Part shown: positions 52,157 through 62,686 of the stretch, piece by piece
How positions within the stretch are numbered: the first letter of the stretch is position 1
How the letters are laid out: each line of letters begins with the position of its first letter
Source of the DNA: a virus
Lineage: Duplodnaviria > Caudoviricetes
Direction: 5' to 3' (one strand)
Length of the DNA: 64,000 bases
Virus record (IMG/VR): IMGVR_UViG_3300035424_000154
Span: 1-64,000 of that record
Position numbers and translations under genes: made by a program
Notes under the pieces: model-generated
Told to the model about the DNA's origin: nothing
What the model saw: only the letters and a program-made list of their open reading frames with translations
Database searches by the model: none

Positions 52157-53761
52157 ATGAAGAGAATGAAGTTGACTACTGCTGGCCGTGTGGTGATCTT
52201 CGTAATCGTGCTGGCGCTCCTCGCCGGTATCGGCGGCTTCGGCTACAACTACTACAAGAACAACATCGAACCCAACAAGCCTATTGTGTCTACGCCGAAC
52301 AGCTCCAGCGCTCCTGGTAGCAGCGGTAACGGTGTTGGCAATACCCAGAATCCCACGACAACTCCTTCGGCGGGCAAAACCGATACCTCAAGCCCGGTGA
52401 TCAACCTGTCCTTGGATGAATGGGTGGGCTGGAAGCCCATCATTGACGCCAACCAGGGCTTGACCACGCAACCCGGCTCCATTTTTGACAAGTTGGGCAT
52501 TAAGGTCAACATCAATATTATCAACGACGCCACCGCCAGTAGCAATGCGTTGATTACTGGCGAGCTGAACGCGGCAGGCTATACTACTAACCGCACCTCG
52601 TTCCTCTCTGGCAAGTTCCAAGAGGCTGGTCTAAATGTGGTTATGCCGGTGTTTACGAACTACAGCGCTGGCGGCGACGGCATCATTGCCAAGTCCGACA
52701 TCAATACTGTGGACGACTTGATCGGTAAGAAAATCGGCGTCCCTCGTTTCAGCGAAGCCCAGACCCTTGTGGCTTGGTTTGTAAACAAGTCTGATCTGAC
52801 CGATACCGAGAAGCAGTCTATCATTGACAATATGATTCTGTTTGAGGATGCGTCTGAGACAGGCGAGGCGTTCTTCGCCGGCCAGCTGGACGTGGCTGCT
52901 ACTTGGCAACCCTACCTGTCCTATGCCACCGAAAACAGCGATGCGCACATTATGTTCTCGACTACGGCATCCAAGAGTCTGATTATGGACGGTATTGTGT
53001 TCCGCGCTGATTTTGCTCAGGCACACCCAGACGTTGTGACGGCTTTTATTGACGGCATCTTCCAGGCTAACGAAATGTATACCACTGAGTTTGATTACAT
53101 CCGGGCCGTTATGCCCATGTTTGCCGGTGTATCCGACGAGGAAATTAAGGCTCAGTGCGGCGATGCTGAAATGATGAGCTATGCCGAGAACAAGGAAGTT
53201 TTGGATTCCACCGCTCCCTCCGTCTACTCTGATATGTGCGACATCTGGGAGTCTCTGGGTGAGACAGTAAACCGTAAGGCGGCTATGTCCCTTTTCGATA
53301 ATCAGTATTTGCTGCCGCTGGCAAGCAAGTATTCCTCTACTCCTTCCAATACCAATAAGCCTGTTGAACTGACCGAGGAGCAGAAGGAAGAGATTATCAA
53401 CTATGAGGCACTGCTGACCAAGAGCGCTACCATTGAGTTTGTGGCGGATATGGCAGCGTTCAGAAATCCCGACGAAGCATATGCCACCTTGGATGAATTT
53501 GTGGCTATTGCCAATACCCTGGACGGCGCAATTATTCAGGTGGAGGGCAATATCAACGCCCGTGACTACAGCGATTCTGGTCAGGCGTTGTCTGCTGAGC
53601 GTGCCAAGGCTGTCGCCAAGTATCTTATTGCCTGCGGTATTGATCCCAACCGTATCATTACAGTGGGTAATGGCAACACGAAGATGGTCGCTGATCCCGG
53701 CTCTGCTGACGCATATCTGAACCGTAGAACCGATGTATTCTTCAAAATTATTGAAGAGTGA
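52157..53761 (+). CDS. ABC substrate-binding (NMT1/SsuA-like) + OmpA-like domain fusion
   Basis: TM anchor, low-complexity linker, WVGW...SAGGDGI...VAATWQP; C-terminal VEGN...ALSAERAKAVAKYL...GNG...NRR. Confidence 0.85.
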   Translation: MKRMKLTTAGRVVIFVIVLALLAGIGGFGYNYYKNNIEPNKPIVSTPNSSSAPGSSGNGVGNTQNPTTTPSAGKTDTSSPVINLSLDEWVGWKPIIDANQGLTTQPGSIFDKLGIKVNINIINDATASSNALITGELNAAGYTTNRTSFLSGKFQEAGLNVVMPVFTNYSAGGDGIIAKSDINTVDDLIGKKIGVPRFSEAQTLVAWFVNKSDLTDTEKQSIIDNMILFEDASETGEAFFAGQLDVAATWQPYLSYATENSDAHIMFSTTASKSLIMDGIVFRADFAQAHPDVVTAFIDGIFQANEMYTTEFDYIRAVMPMFAGVSDEEIKAQCGDAEMMSYAENKEVLDSTAPSVYSDMCDIWESLGETVNRKAAMSLFDNQYLLPLASKYSSTPSNTNKPVELTEEQKEEIINYEALLTKSATIEFVADMAAFRNPDEAYATLDEFVAIANTLDGAIIQVEGNINARDYSDSGQALSAERAKAVAKYLIACGIDPNRIITVGNGNTKMVADPGSADAYLNRRTDVFFKIIEE

Positions 53762-53819
53762 TCCTCATATCTGGCGGGAGGGGCAACGCCCCTCCCCTGG
53801 GTACCAAATATAGTAAGGA

Positions 53820-54467
53820 GTGGTAAATTTGGATGACGTAAAGAAGGGCGTAGATTTGGATGCACTGAAACAGCGGTTTATTGAGATCTGTGCCACTATC
53901 AATCGTTCGGGCATGGAGGAGCTGATGGGGTGGCTTGAACGCTCCGATTTCTATACTGCCCCAGCCAGCACTCGATTCCATGGCAGCTATAAGGGCGGTT
54001 TGCTGGAACACAGCCTTAATGTCTATGACAAGCTGTCGGGGTTCGTGTCAAGGTATCCCGAGCTTGGTATCTCCCCTGAAACGGTAGCGGTTACTGCCCT
54101 ATTCCATGATCTGTGCAAGGTGAACAATTACATCTCTGACTTCAAAAATGTCAAGGTGTACAGTGAGCATGGTTCAAAGAATGACGCCAAGGGCCGGTTT
54201 GACTGGGAGATGCAGCCCACATTCAAAACAGAAGACCGTCTCCCTCTGGGGCACGGCGAGAAGTCTGTTATTATCCTTCAGAGCTATATCAAGCTCACGC
54301 GGGATGAAATTTATGCCATCCGCTGGCATATGGGCAGTTTTGACAGTGCGGTCAAGGGTGGTGACTACGGTATGGGTAACGCTTTTGAGCTTTGTCCGCT
54401 GGCCGTTATGACACATTTGGCTGACATGGAAGCTACTTACCTGGTAGAAGGTAAGAGCAAAGAATAG
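53820..54467 (+). CDS. HD-domain phosphohydrolase
   Basis: APASTRFH...GGLLEHS...LFHDLCK...GHGEKS...WHMG. Confidence 0.9.
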   Translation: MVNLDDVKKGVDLDALKQRFIEICATINRSGMEELMGWLERSDFYTAPASTRFHGSYKGGLLEHSLNVYDKLSGFVSRYPELGISPETVAVTALFHDLCKVNNYISDFKNVKVYSEHGSKNDAKGRFDWEMQPTFKTEDRLPLGHGEKSVIILQSYIKLTRDEIYAIRWHMGSFDSAVKGGDYGMGNAFELCPLAVMTHLADMEATYLVEGKSKE

Positions 54468-54476
54468 GAGGTAGCT

Positions 54477-54725
54477 ATGAAAAAGATTGGCGCATTTTTG
54501 CTGGCCGTTGCCTTGTGCGCTTCCTTGGCAGCGTGCGGTAATCGGCAAATCCTTGACACAACCTACACCTACGATCGTGCAATTATTTCTTTGCCTAACG
54601 GCGAGGTGGTTGATGGGAAAATTCAGTCGTGGCGTGATTACGAGGATGGCGACCAGATTCAGGTCACAGTCGATGGTAAGACGTATTTGGTGCATAGCAC
54701 CAATATTGCTCTGATCAACGATTGA
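54477..54725 (+). CDS. Small lipoprotein
   Basis: Signal peptide with LAAC lipobox. Confidence 0.8.
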   Translation: MKKIGAFLLAVALCASLAACGNRQILDTTYTYDRAIISLPNGEVVDGKIQSWRDYEDGDQIQVTVDGKTYLVHSTNIALIND

Positions 54726-54740
54726 AAACAAAATACATAG
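54724..54740 (+). promoter_or_regulatory. 17-bp repeated motif
   Basis: GAAAACAAAATACATAG before the GGAGG RBS. Confidence 0.6.
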
Positions 54741-54754
54741 TACGGAGGGCAATT

Positions 54755-55462
54755 ATGGCAGACAACGAAAAACTGCAAGCAGAGTTGCAGGTACTGAGGG
54801 CCGAAAATGCTCAGCTCAAAGATGAGCTGCAAAAGCTGACGGCAACCCAGTCTGAAAAAAGTGTGTTCCAGACTCTGAACGAGTACGACATCTCGGAGCA
54901 CCTAAAGAAAAAGGACAAAATTATCTACCTGCCGTGGTCAAAGGCGTGGATGATCCTGAAGACGCTTTACCCCGATTCTCAGGTCGAGGTCATTGAAAAT
55001 GCTGGTTTTGATAGTGACGACGTTGTTCGCTATTTCACGGACGGCAAGACTGCATGGGTAAAGGTTGCTATCACAATCAAAGGCCACACCGAAACCGAGA
55101 GTCTGGCAATCATGGATTTCCGCAACAAGTCTATCCCCGTGGCGAACATCACCTCAGCTGACGTGGAAAAGTCGATCAAGCGTTGCATGGTTAAATGTGC
55201 GGCACTGCACGGCCTCGGGTTGTCTCTCTGGACTGGTGAGGAGCTTTCCAGCGCCGCCCGCGAGAAGAAGGAGAACGACTTGGACGGCGTGAAGCAGGAT
55301 ATCTTGATCATTGTCAGTGGCAAGCTGGAGGCCGGTGTCCCGAAGGAGCAGATCTACAAGGTCATTGAGTCCATCGCGGGTACTAAAAACCCCAACGCCA
55401 TTAAGGATATCCCCACGGCCCAAAAGGTCGCTGAGCAGATTAAGAAACTGGAGGTAAAGTAA
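54755..55462 (+). CDS. sak: Sak/DUF1071 single-strand annealing protein
   Basis: YLPWSKAW, AWVKV, LAIMDFRNKSI, IKRCMVKCAALHGLGL. Confidence 0.85.
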   Translation: MADNEKLQAELQVLRAENAQLKDELQKLTATQSEKSVFQTLNEYDISEHLKKKDKIIYLPWSKAWMILKTLYPDSQVEVIENAGFDSDDVVRYFTDGKTAWVKVAITIKGHTETESLAIMDFRNKSIPVANITSADVEKSIKRCMVKCAALHGLGLSLWTGEELSSAAREKKENDLDGVKQDILIIVSGKLEAGVPKEQIYKVIESIAGTKNPNAIKDIPTAQKVAEQIKKLEVK

Positions 55463-55463
55463 G

Positions 55464-55898
55464 ATGCTGAACAAAGCAATCATTATGGGGCGCTTGACCC
55501 GCGATCCCGAAATCAGGCAGACACAGAGCGGTCTTTCGGTGTGTAGCTTCTCTGTTGCTGTTGACCGTGACATCGTGAACAAGAGCACCAACCAGCGCGA
55601 GACGGATTTCATCAACGTGACTGCGTGGCGTAGCACCGCCGATTTTGTTGGCAAGTACTTCACCAAAGGCAGTTTGATCGTTGTCGAGGGGCGTATTCAG
55701 GTGCGCAATTACACCGACAAGGACAACAACAAGCGTACTGCCACTGAGATCGTTGCCAATAGCGTTTACTTCGGCGGCAGCAAAAAGAAGGATGATGATC
55801 CCGCTGATGCACCTTCCGCGCCTTCCTCTAATGCCTCTGCTTCGCAGAACGATTATGCCGAGATGGGCGCTCCCAACGAAGACGACCTGCCCTTCTGA
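55464..55898 (+). CDS. ssb: Single-stranded DNA-binding protein
   Basis: LNKAIIMGRLTRDPE...VEGRIQ...DDLPF. Confidence 0.97.
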   Translation: MLNKAIIMGRLTRDPEIRQTQSGLSVCSFSVAVDRDIVNKSTNQRETDFINVTAWRSTADFVGKYFTKGSLIVVEGRIQVRNYTDKDNNKRTATEIVANSVYFGGSKKKDDDPADAPSAPSSNASASQNDYAEMGAPNEDDLPF

Positions 55899-55901
55899 TA
55901 G

Positions 55902-56657
55902 ATGGACAATTCATTTCTTCTGGACGCTATGGACTGGTCGTACTCCCGTGTTAGTAGTTTCGATCAATGCCCACATATGTTCGACCTTACATACCTCCAA
56001 TGCAAAGATCGCATAGAAAATGCTTTTGCTCAGTGGGGGTCGCTGGGGCACTCGCTTTTTGAGAGATACTTCCGGCAGCAGATCGAATTATGGGATATGT
56101 CCCGCCTCTATGAGAGTGAATATCCTACGGTAATTTCAGAGCGGTTCCCATTTCCACGGTTGGAGGAAAGCTATTACGAGCGTGGTTTTGAGTATTTCAA
56201 CGACTTCCCTGGGCAAATTGGGGATGAAGTAGAGATACTTGGAATAGAGGAGCGATATCACTCCACCTTGGGTGGTAGGCCGGTGGTCGGCGTCATCGAC
56301 CTGATCCCCCGTAATAAGTCCGGCTTGATTGTCTGTGACCACAAAAGTCGCGGCAAGTGGAAGTCCAAAGAAGAACGCCGAAAGTACCTCCGTCAGCTGA
56401 ACATCTACGCTATACGGCTGAAAGAGAAGTATGGAGAATGGCCCACCGAATTGTGGTTTAACAAGTTCCGTGAGGGCTGTTTGGACAGGGAACCATTTTC
56501 TGAGATTGCCGCACAGGAAGACAGAGACTGGTTCTTGCGATCCATTGATAACATCTATAAGGCCGAGAGTTTCCCGGCTAAACCAGATCGTTTCTTTTGC
56601 GACTATCTGTGCTCTGTGCGAGAGCACTGTGCGCACTCAGCATCGTTCGTAGAATGA
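55902..56657 (+). CDS. PD-(D/E)XK RecB/Cas4-like nuclease
   Basis: WSYSR..SF..CP, GVIDL, DHKS, QL..Y, C-terminal C..C...C. Confidence 0.85.
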   Translation: MDNSFLLDAMDWSYSRVSSFDQCPHMFDLTYLQCKDRIENAFAQWGSLGHSLFERYFRQQIELWDMSRLYESEYPTVISERFPFPRLEESYYERGFEYFNDFPGQIGDEVEILGIEERYHSTLGGRPVVGVIDLIPRNKSGLIVCDHKSRGKWKSKEERRKYLRQLNIYAIRLKEKYGEWPTELWFNKFREGCLDREPFSEIAAQEDRDWFLRSIDNIYKAESFPAKPDRFFCDYLCSVREHCAHSASFVE

Positions 56658-56736
56658 AAGACTGGTTTCATTCAGAAGAAGTCCCCGCTCATGAAGAGTG
56701 GGCGGGGACTTTCTGAGAATTGAGGTGATTTTATCC

Positions 56737-58701
56737 GTGCAGATTGATAGAGACGCAATCATGCAGGCCAAAGAAAAGCTCGGAGACAAAAACGCACAGA
56801 TCATTGTTGAAGAGCTGGGGATCACCGACTTCGACGAGAGGAATATGAAGTGTTGCTGTCCATTCCATCAGGAGGATCATGCTTCCTTTATCTACAATAG
56901 AAAGGCGTTCAACTTCCGCTGTTTTGGGAGCTGTGGCCGCAGCTACGACCTTTTGGATGTACTTGTTCATAAGGGCGCAACCTACGCCGAAGCCTGTAAG
57001 AGACTTTTTGAGCTTGCTGAGATGCCCTATTCCTTCGGGGAGCTGGGTGTAAAAACCAAACGACATTACAGGTATCCCAAAGAGGTCGCTTGTAGTGATA
57101 AATCCAAAGTGTACGCATATTTCGGTACACGCAAAATCAGCCCTGCTACTCTGGATTACGCTGATGTGCGGCAGGATGCCGATGGTAATGCTGTATTCAA
57201 CTACTACGACACCAACGACGTGCTGACGATGGTGAAATACAAACCGTCGCATAAAGTCCAGCATGGTCAAAACAAGTGTTGGTGCCAGCCTGGTTCCGAT
57301 ACTGCGCCACTGCTGTTCAATATGAACCGGGTGAATGTCAATTCTCCTCTGCTGATCTGCGAAGGGGAGCCTGACTGTCTGTCTGCAATCGAGGCGGGCT
57401 TCAAAAACGCCGTATCTGTTCCGTTGGGTAGCTCCAATCTTCACTGGATTGACGAGAATCTTGAATGGCTCGATCAGTTTGACAGCATTATCATTTGTGC
57501 TGACAACGATGAAGCGGGCTTGAAAATGCAAAAAGAGTGCGTCCCCAGGTTGGGCAGCTGGCGAACAAAGGTTGTGGATGTGCCTGCTATACCGATTGGA
57601 AAAACAGGTCGTGTCACAAAAGACCTAAACGAAGTCCTATATGTTGCTGGTAAAGAAAAGGTTTTAGAGCTGATCCTGGACGCTAAGGACTCCCCTGTTC
57701 CCTCTGTGGCAGATTTGTCTGACATTGAACCAACCGAGTATGAGGATGTAGACGGCGTGACATTTGGCCTCAAAGCCATTGATGATGAGCTGATGCGGCT
57801 ATTCTTTGGTACTCTTACCATTGTCAGCGGCCAACCCGGAGCAGGCAAGAGCAGCCTTTTGACACAGCTCATGTGTAATTCCCTTGACCACGACATAAAA
57901 GCGTGGATATTTAGCGGTGAGCTTCCAAACGGTGTGGAAAAGAGCTGGTTCAATTACATTTTTGCCGGCCCCCGCAATGTTGAGGATGCTGTTTCGCGTC
58001 GGGGAAACCCTTACAAGAAAATCTCTGGCGCTACCCTGGGAGCAATCAATAAGACCTACAAAGGTCAATGGTTCATCTATCGTGATGATTATGACAACGT
58101 GCTTGATAATCTCATTACCTCTATGACAGATACGGTGCGAAAATATGGCACTCGTTGTCTTATCCTCGACAACTTTATGTGTATCGACACAGATAGTTCA
58201 GACGAGGAATTGCGCTCCCAGACCCAAACCATCAAGCGCCTTATCAAATTTGCCAAAAAGTATCAGGTAGCTGTGATTTTGGTCTGCCATCCCCGCAAAA
58301 TGGATGCAGGTTCCAATGTTGGTATTTACGATATCGCTGGTACCAGTAACATCGTAAATCTTGCCCACCGGACGATCGGCCTCCGCCGTGTGACTGATGC
58401 TGAGCGTGAGAACGCGGCTAAGTTCTCCGAAAAGCGTCGTTGTCTGCTCAAATACGATGTAATTGTAACCGTTGTCAAAGATCGTATGTTTGGTCGGCAA
58501 AACATTGATATCGGCCTATATTATGACTCAGCGTCCCGCCGCTTCTTTGGTGATATGGATGAGTATGATCGCCGATTTAGTTGGGACACCAAGTCCTATT
58601 CTGAACCGCTGCCGTTACCTCCTCAACTGATTGCTGAGCAGGAAAACAGTGAGGACGAAGCGTTTGGCAAAGTCAATGACAAGCAGGGAGGTGACTCATG
58701 A
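56737..58701 (+). CDS. DNA primase-helicase (T7 gp4/Twinkle-like)
   Basis: CPFH zinc finger, ICEGEPD and ADND Toprim, GQPGAGKS, ILDN, VCHPRK helicase motifs. Confidence 0.92.
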   Translation: MQIDRDAIMQAKEKLGDKNAQIIVEELGITDFDERNMKCCCPFHQEDHASFIYNRKAFNFRCFGSCGRSYDLLDVLVHKGATYAEACKRLFELAEMPYSFGELGVKTKRHYRYPKEVACSDKSKVYAYFGTRKISPATLDYADVRQDADGNAVFNYYDTNDVLTMVKYKPSHKVQHGQNKCWCQPGSDTAPLLFNMNRVNVNSPLLICEGEPDCLSAIEAGFKNAVSVPLGSSNLHWIDENLEWLDQFDSIIICADNDEAGLKMQKECVPRLGSWRTKVVDVPAIPIGKTGRVTKDLNEVLYVAGKEKVLELILDAKDSPVPSVADLSDIEPTEYEDVDGVTFGLKAIDDELMRLFFGTLTIVSGQPGAGKSSLLTQLMCNSLDHDIKAWIFSGELPNGVEKSWFNYIFAGPRNVEDAVSRRGNPYKKISGATLGAINKTYKGQWFIYRDDYDNVLDNLITSMTDTVRKYGTRCLILDNFMCIDTDSSDEELRSQTQTIKRLIKFAKKYQVAVILVCHPRKMDAGSNVGIYDIAGTSNIVNLAHRTIGLRRVTDAERENAAKFSEKRRCLLKYDVIVTVVKDRMFGRQNIDIGLYYDSASRRFFGDMDEYDRRFSWDTKSYSEPLPLPPQLIAEQENSEDEAFGKVNDKQGGDS

Positions 58702-61700
58702 TGGGTGACAACTATACTGTGTATCATCTGCATACTGAGTTATCTTTGCTTGACAGTGCGACCAAATTCCAAGACTACATCGCCCGTGCCGTAGAACTGG
58801 GGCAGACGGCCATTGCTTTTACAGAGCACGGGAATATCTATCAGTGGGTAGAGAAGAAGATGACCTGTGACAAAGCTGGGCTAAAGTATCTGCATGGTTG
58901 CGAAGTATACCTGACCGAAAAATTGCTTCACACCGATCCGCGCACTGGCGAGCAGAATAAGGTGCGTGACAATTACCACACTATTCTAATCGCTAAGAAT
59001 TATGCGGGTTTGCAAGAAATGAATGAGCTTATCAGCCGGTCAAGCCAAGAAGATCATTTCTACTACAAGCCGAGGATTTCTTTTGAAGAATTTCTTGGTC
59101 TTTCCAGAAACGTTATCAAGATCAGCGCCTGCCTTGCCTCTCCGCTAAACCGCATGAGTATAACTCACCCCATGTATGAACGAATATTGAGGCATTATGA
59201 CTACTTGGAAATTCAGCCACACAACTATGTTGATCAGGTTGATTACAACCGGCACCTGGCAGAAATGTCCTTGCAGTATGGTATCCCGCTGATTGCTGGC
59301 ACTGATACCCATAGCCTCAATAAGTACAAGGCTGAGTGCCGAACAGTTTTGCAGCTGTCAAAGCACATCGACTTTGCTGATGAAGATACCTTTGACCTCA
59401 CATATAAATCCTATGATGAGCTGGTCGCTATGTTCAAAGCTCAGGATGCGTTACCAGAAAAAATGTATCTGGAGGCAATCGAAAACACTAACCGCATGGC
59501 CGAATCTGTTGAGCCATTTGAGTTGGATGTCTCCTTCAAATACCCCATCCTATATGGTGAGCGTGATCGTGAGGTGCTACATCAGGTTCTCCATGATAAT
59601 TTGCACAGCAAAATTGCAGAGGGAGCAATCACACCAGAACAAGTAGAGTCGTTCAAAGCGGCTATTGCTGAGGAGTGCCGGGTTTTTGACAAAATTGAGA
59701 TGTCAGGCTTTATGCTTTTTATGAGCGAGCTGGTGACGTGGTGTAAAGAGAACGGAATCCCCATTGGTTTCAACCGTGGTTCTTGTGGCGGTTCTCGTGT
59801 GGCCTATGTATCCAATACCACAGACCTCAACCCAGAAACTTGGCATACGGTGTTCAGCCGATTCTGTAATGAGGATCGTAAAGAAATTGGGGATATTGAT
59901 ATCGACGTGTCCCCCACTCAGCGCGATCTGGTTTACAACTACATCATCAATCGGTTTGGTCAAGAGAAGACAGCTTTTATTCTTGCCATTGGCACTATTA
60001 AGTCTAAGGGCTGCATTGATGAAATCTGTCGTGCTCTATCAGTTCGCTGGAATAAGGAACATCAGCACGACGACAAACCGTTCAAACGTCTCTTAGCAGC
60101 TTTGAAAGACGATGGTATCAAGGTGTCGTTTGGTGATGTGCGCACCTGCTTTGGCGCGTATCTTTTTGATGAGAAAGGCAACCTCATTTTTGATTCTCAG
60201 TATGAAGGTACACCGAGAGGTGAGCTAATCAAACATTTCAACCAAGAGTATACCAAGCTGAAAACCGAAAACGAAAAAATCTTTGCCAAAAACCCATGGG
60301 TTGGCAAAATCGGAGCCACCATCAAAAAGGAGTTTGAGGCTGACGAGGAAGCGACTCGAAAAAAATATCCCGAGGTATTCTATTACTATGACGGGTTGCT
60401 TGACGTAGCAATCTCTCAGTCTATGCACCCCGCCGGCATCGTAGCAAGCCCTATTACTCTACGTGATAACTATGGCACATTCATTTCTGACGGCAAAGAG
60501 ATTTTGCAGATTGATATGGAGTGTGTACATGAGGTTAGCTTGGTCAAGTATGACATCCTGGGGCTGAAAAATATCGAAATCGTAAAGGATGCCTATGAGC
60601 TGTTAGGGCAACCTTATCCTAAGTCTCACGAAATCAACTGGGCTGATGAAGCAGTATGGCAAGATATGCTCCGCTCTCCTATTGGCATTTTCCAGTTTGA
60701 AGGTGACTTTGCGTTCCAAATGCTCAAACAGTATGAGCCGCACAGTATTTTTGACATGAGCCTTGTGACGGCGGCGCTTCGTCCTTCTGGCGCTTCTTAC
60801 CGTGATGAGCTTATGCAGCACAAGCCACATAAGAACCCCTCACCCATTATCGACGAGCTTTTGGCCGATAACAACGGCTATCTGATCTACCAAGAGGATG
60901 TTATTAAGTTCCTACAGCAAATCTGCGGTTTCTCTGGATCTGACGCCGATAATACACGTCGGGCAATCGCCAGAAAAGATGAAGACCGTTTACAAAAAGC
61001 TCTGCCTGAGATTTTAGAGGGGTATTGCGACAAGTCTCCACAGCCCAGAGAGGTTGCCGAGCAAGAAGCTAAGGAGTTCCTGCAGATCATTCAGGACGCT
61101 TCCAGCTATATGTTTGGCTATAACCATTCTGTTGGTTACTGTATGATCGGCTATCTTTGTGCCTATCTGCGGTACTATCATCCCTACGAGTTCATCACTG
61201 CCTACCTCAACAATGCCAACGGCGAAGAAGATGTGAAAAACGGTAATGAACTGGCTACGCTCTATGGTATCAGGATCATCCCCCCTCGTTTTGGCCTCTC
61301 CAAAGACAAATATCTTTTGAACGCTGAAGAAAAGGTAATTGCCAAAGGGATCTCCTCAGTGAAATATATGAACGCTGACGTTGCCAATGAGCTTTACGAA
61401 TTGGCTGAAGCAAGCAAGCCTGAGTCGTTTATGGATTTGCTGATGTTGCTAAACGAAAAAACTCGGTTGGATACCAGGCAGCGAGAAATTTTGGTGAAGA
61501 TTGACTATTTCGCCGAATATGGCAATGCCAAAGAGCTGTTACGCATGGTAGACCTCTTCACTTTCTTCAAGAATGGCACAATGAAAAAGATTCCCAAGGA
61601 TAAGTTGACTCCTGAGCTTGAACCTGTGATTGCGCAGTATGCTACCGATATGACCAAAAGTGGCACGGTAGCAAAGAACTATACGTTCACTAATCTTCCG

Positions 61701-62069
61701 GGCTTACTTCGCCATATCGAGTCTATGGTACGGGATATGCACATTCCCGACTTTGATTTGAAAAGCAAGATGCAGATTCAGCTTGAAAATCTGGGATACA
61801 TCGACCTTACCACCAACAAGAAAGAGGATCAGCGTAAGCTGATTGTCATGGATATCTACCCATTGAAGTCCAAGGCAAGCGACAATATTTGGGCGTATGC
61901 GCTGCAAGTAAGATCTATCGGCACCGGAAAAACAAACCGTTGGACAATTTACTCCGAGCTTTATGACCGCAAACCTCTCAAACGTTTTGACACCATCCAA
62001 GTTCCAGCTGATGGTTGGGGTAGGCGGCGAGGCTATTTGTACCTATATCAATATGACTACGTGATTTAG
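58698..62069 (+). CDS. dnaE: DNA polymerase III alpha subunit (phage DnaE)
   Basis: HLHT, FTEHG, GTDTH PHP domain; RGSCGGS, DIDID, SMHPAG, KYDILGL. Confidence 0.95.
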   Translation: MMGDNYTVYHLHTELSLLDSATKFQDYIARAVELGQTAIAFTEHGNIYQWVEKKMTCDKAGLKYLHGCEVYLTEKLLHTDPRTGEQNKVRDNYHTILIAKNYAGLQEMNELISRSSQEDHFYYKPRISFEEFLGLSRNVIKISACLASPLNRMSITHPMYERILRHYDYLEIQPHNYVDQVDYNRHLAEMSLQYGIPLIAGTDTHSLNKYKAECRTVLQLSKHIDFADEDTFDLTYKSYDELVAMFKAQDALPEKMYLEAIENTNRMAESVEPFELDVSFKYPILYGERDREVLHQVLHDNLHSKIAEGAITPEQVESFKAAIAEECRVFDKIEMSGFMLFMSELVTWCKENGIPIGFNRGSCGGSRVAYVSNTTDLNPETWHTVFSRFCNEDRKEIGDIDIDVSPTQRDLVYNYIINRFGQEKTAFILAIGTIKSKGCIDEICRALSVRWNKEHQHDDKPFKRLLAALKDDGIKVSFGDVRTCFGAYLFDEKGNLIFDSQYEGTPRGELIKHFNQEYTKLKTENEKIFAKNPWVGKIGATIKKEFEADEEATRKKYPEVFYYYDGLLDVAISQSMHPAGIVASPITLRDNYGTFISDGKEILQIDMECVHEVSLVKYDILGLKNIEIVKDAYELLGQPYPKSHEINWADEAVWQDMLRSPIGIFQFEGDFAFQMLKQYEPHSIFDMSLVTAALRPSGASYRDELMQHKPHKNPSPIIDELLADNNGYLIYQEDVIKFLQQICGFSGSDADNTRRAIARKDEDRLQKALPEILEGYCDKSPQPREVAEQEAKEFLQIIQDASSYMFGYNHSVGYCMIGYLCAYLRYYHPYEFITAYLNNANGEEDVKNGNELATLYGIRIIPPRFGLSKDKYLLNAEEKVIAKGISSVKYMNADVANELYELAEASKPESFMDLLMLLNEKTRLDTRQREILVKIDYFAEYGNAKELLRMVDLFTFFKNGTMKKIPKDKLTPELEPVIAQYATDMTKSGTVAKNYTFTNLPGLLRHIESMVRDMHIPDFDLKSKMQIQLENLGYIDLTTNKKEDQRKLIVMDIYPLKSKASDNIWAYALQVRSIGTGKTNRWTIYSELYDRKPLKRFDTIQVPADGWGRRRGYLYLYQYDYVI

Positions 62070-62081
62070 GAGGCGTTTTCA

Positions 62082-62684
62082 ATGAACGAGACGAAATTTG
62101 AACCATTCATAAAAGGCTTTATGGTGCTGGTGGTGATTTGTGCTGTCATCTATGCCATAGCCTTTGCATCAAAAGAAGAAGCCATACTGAAAGAGGCTAT
62201 ACAAGATTCCACCGTATGTGAGACTCTTACATTGTCAGCACCGCCTGAGATAACAAGGGCTGTTGAAACAAGGACTATGGTGCCTGCTACCCCTCCCATT
62301 CAATCAGTTCCAGAGGAAGAAGCCCCAAACCCTTATGCTGAGTTGGTGATCACCGCTGCCGAGAAAGAGTTGTTGGCCTGCATGGTCTATAACGAAGCAC
62401 GGGGAGAACCTTTTGAGGGACAGATTGCTGTTGTCCAGGTTGCGCTTAATCGTTATATGCACGAAGCATTTGACGGAAGTATCTCTGATATCCTTTTGGC
62501 TCCTAATCAGTTCTCTGTGGGGAATACCTATGGGGAGGAGCAAATGGAAGCGGTTGAGGCTGCGCTTGCCGGTGAGCCAGTCTTAGAGCTTAACACCGAT
62601 GTGGTGTTCTTTTCCACTGGCAAACTAACCTATGGTAGCTACTACAAGACGATTGGCGGTCACGTCTTTCGTACTTACTTTTAG
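62082..62684 (+). CDS. SleB-like cell-wall hydrolase (Hydrolase_2) with TM anchor
   Basis: LACMVYNEARGEPFEGQIAV..V.LNR...NQFS...IGGHVF. Confidence 0.9.
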   Translation: MNETKFEPFIKGFMVLVVICAVIYAIAFASKEEAILKEAIQDSTVCETLTLSAPPEITRAVETRTMVPATPPIQSVPEEEAPNPYAELVITAAEKELLACMVYNEARGEPFEGQIAVVQVALNRYMHEAFDGSISDILLAPNQFSVGNTYGEEQMEAVEAALAGEPVLELNTDVVFFSTGKLTYGSYYKTIGGHVFRTYF

Positions 62685-62686
62685 TA

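Noticed and set aside
55902-56657. Cas4 as part of a CRISPR system
   Set aside because: Lies in the Sak-SSB-primase module with no array or other cas genes; ordinary phage recombination nuclease.
60040-60320. Possible intein or intron in dnaE (about 90-aa insertion)
   Set aside because: No Cys/Ser start or His-Asn end motif and the frame is continuous; looks like a lineage-specific insertion.
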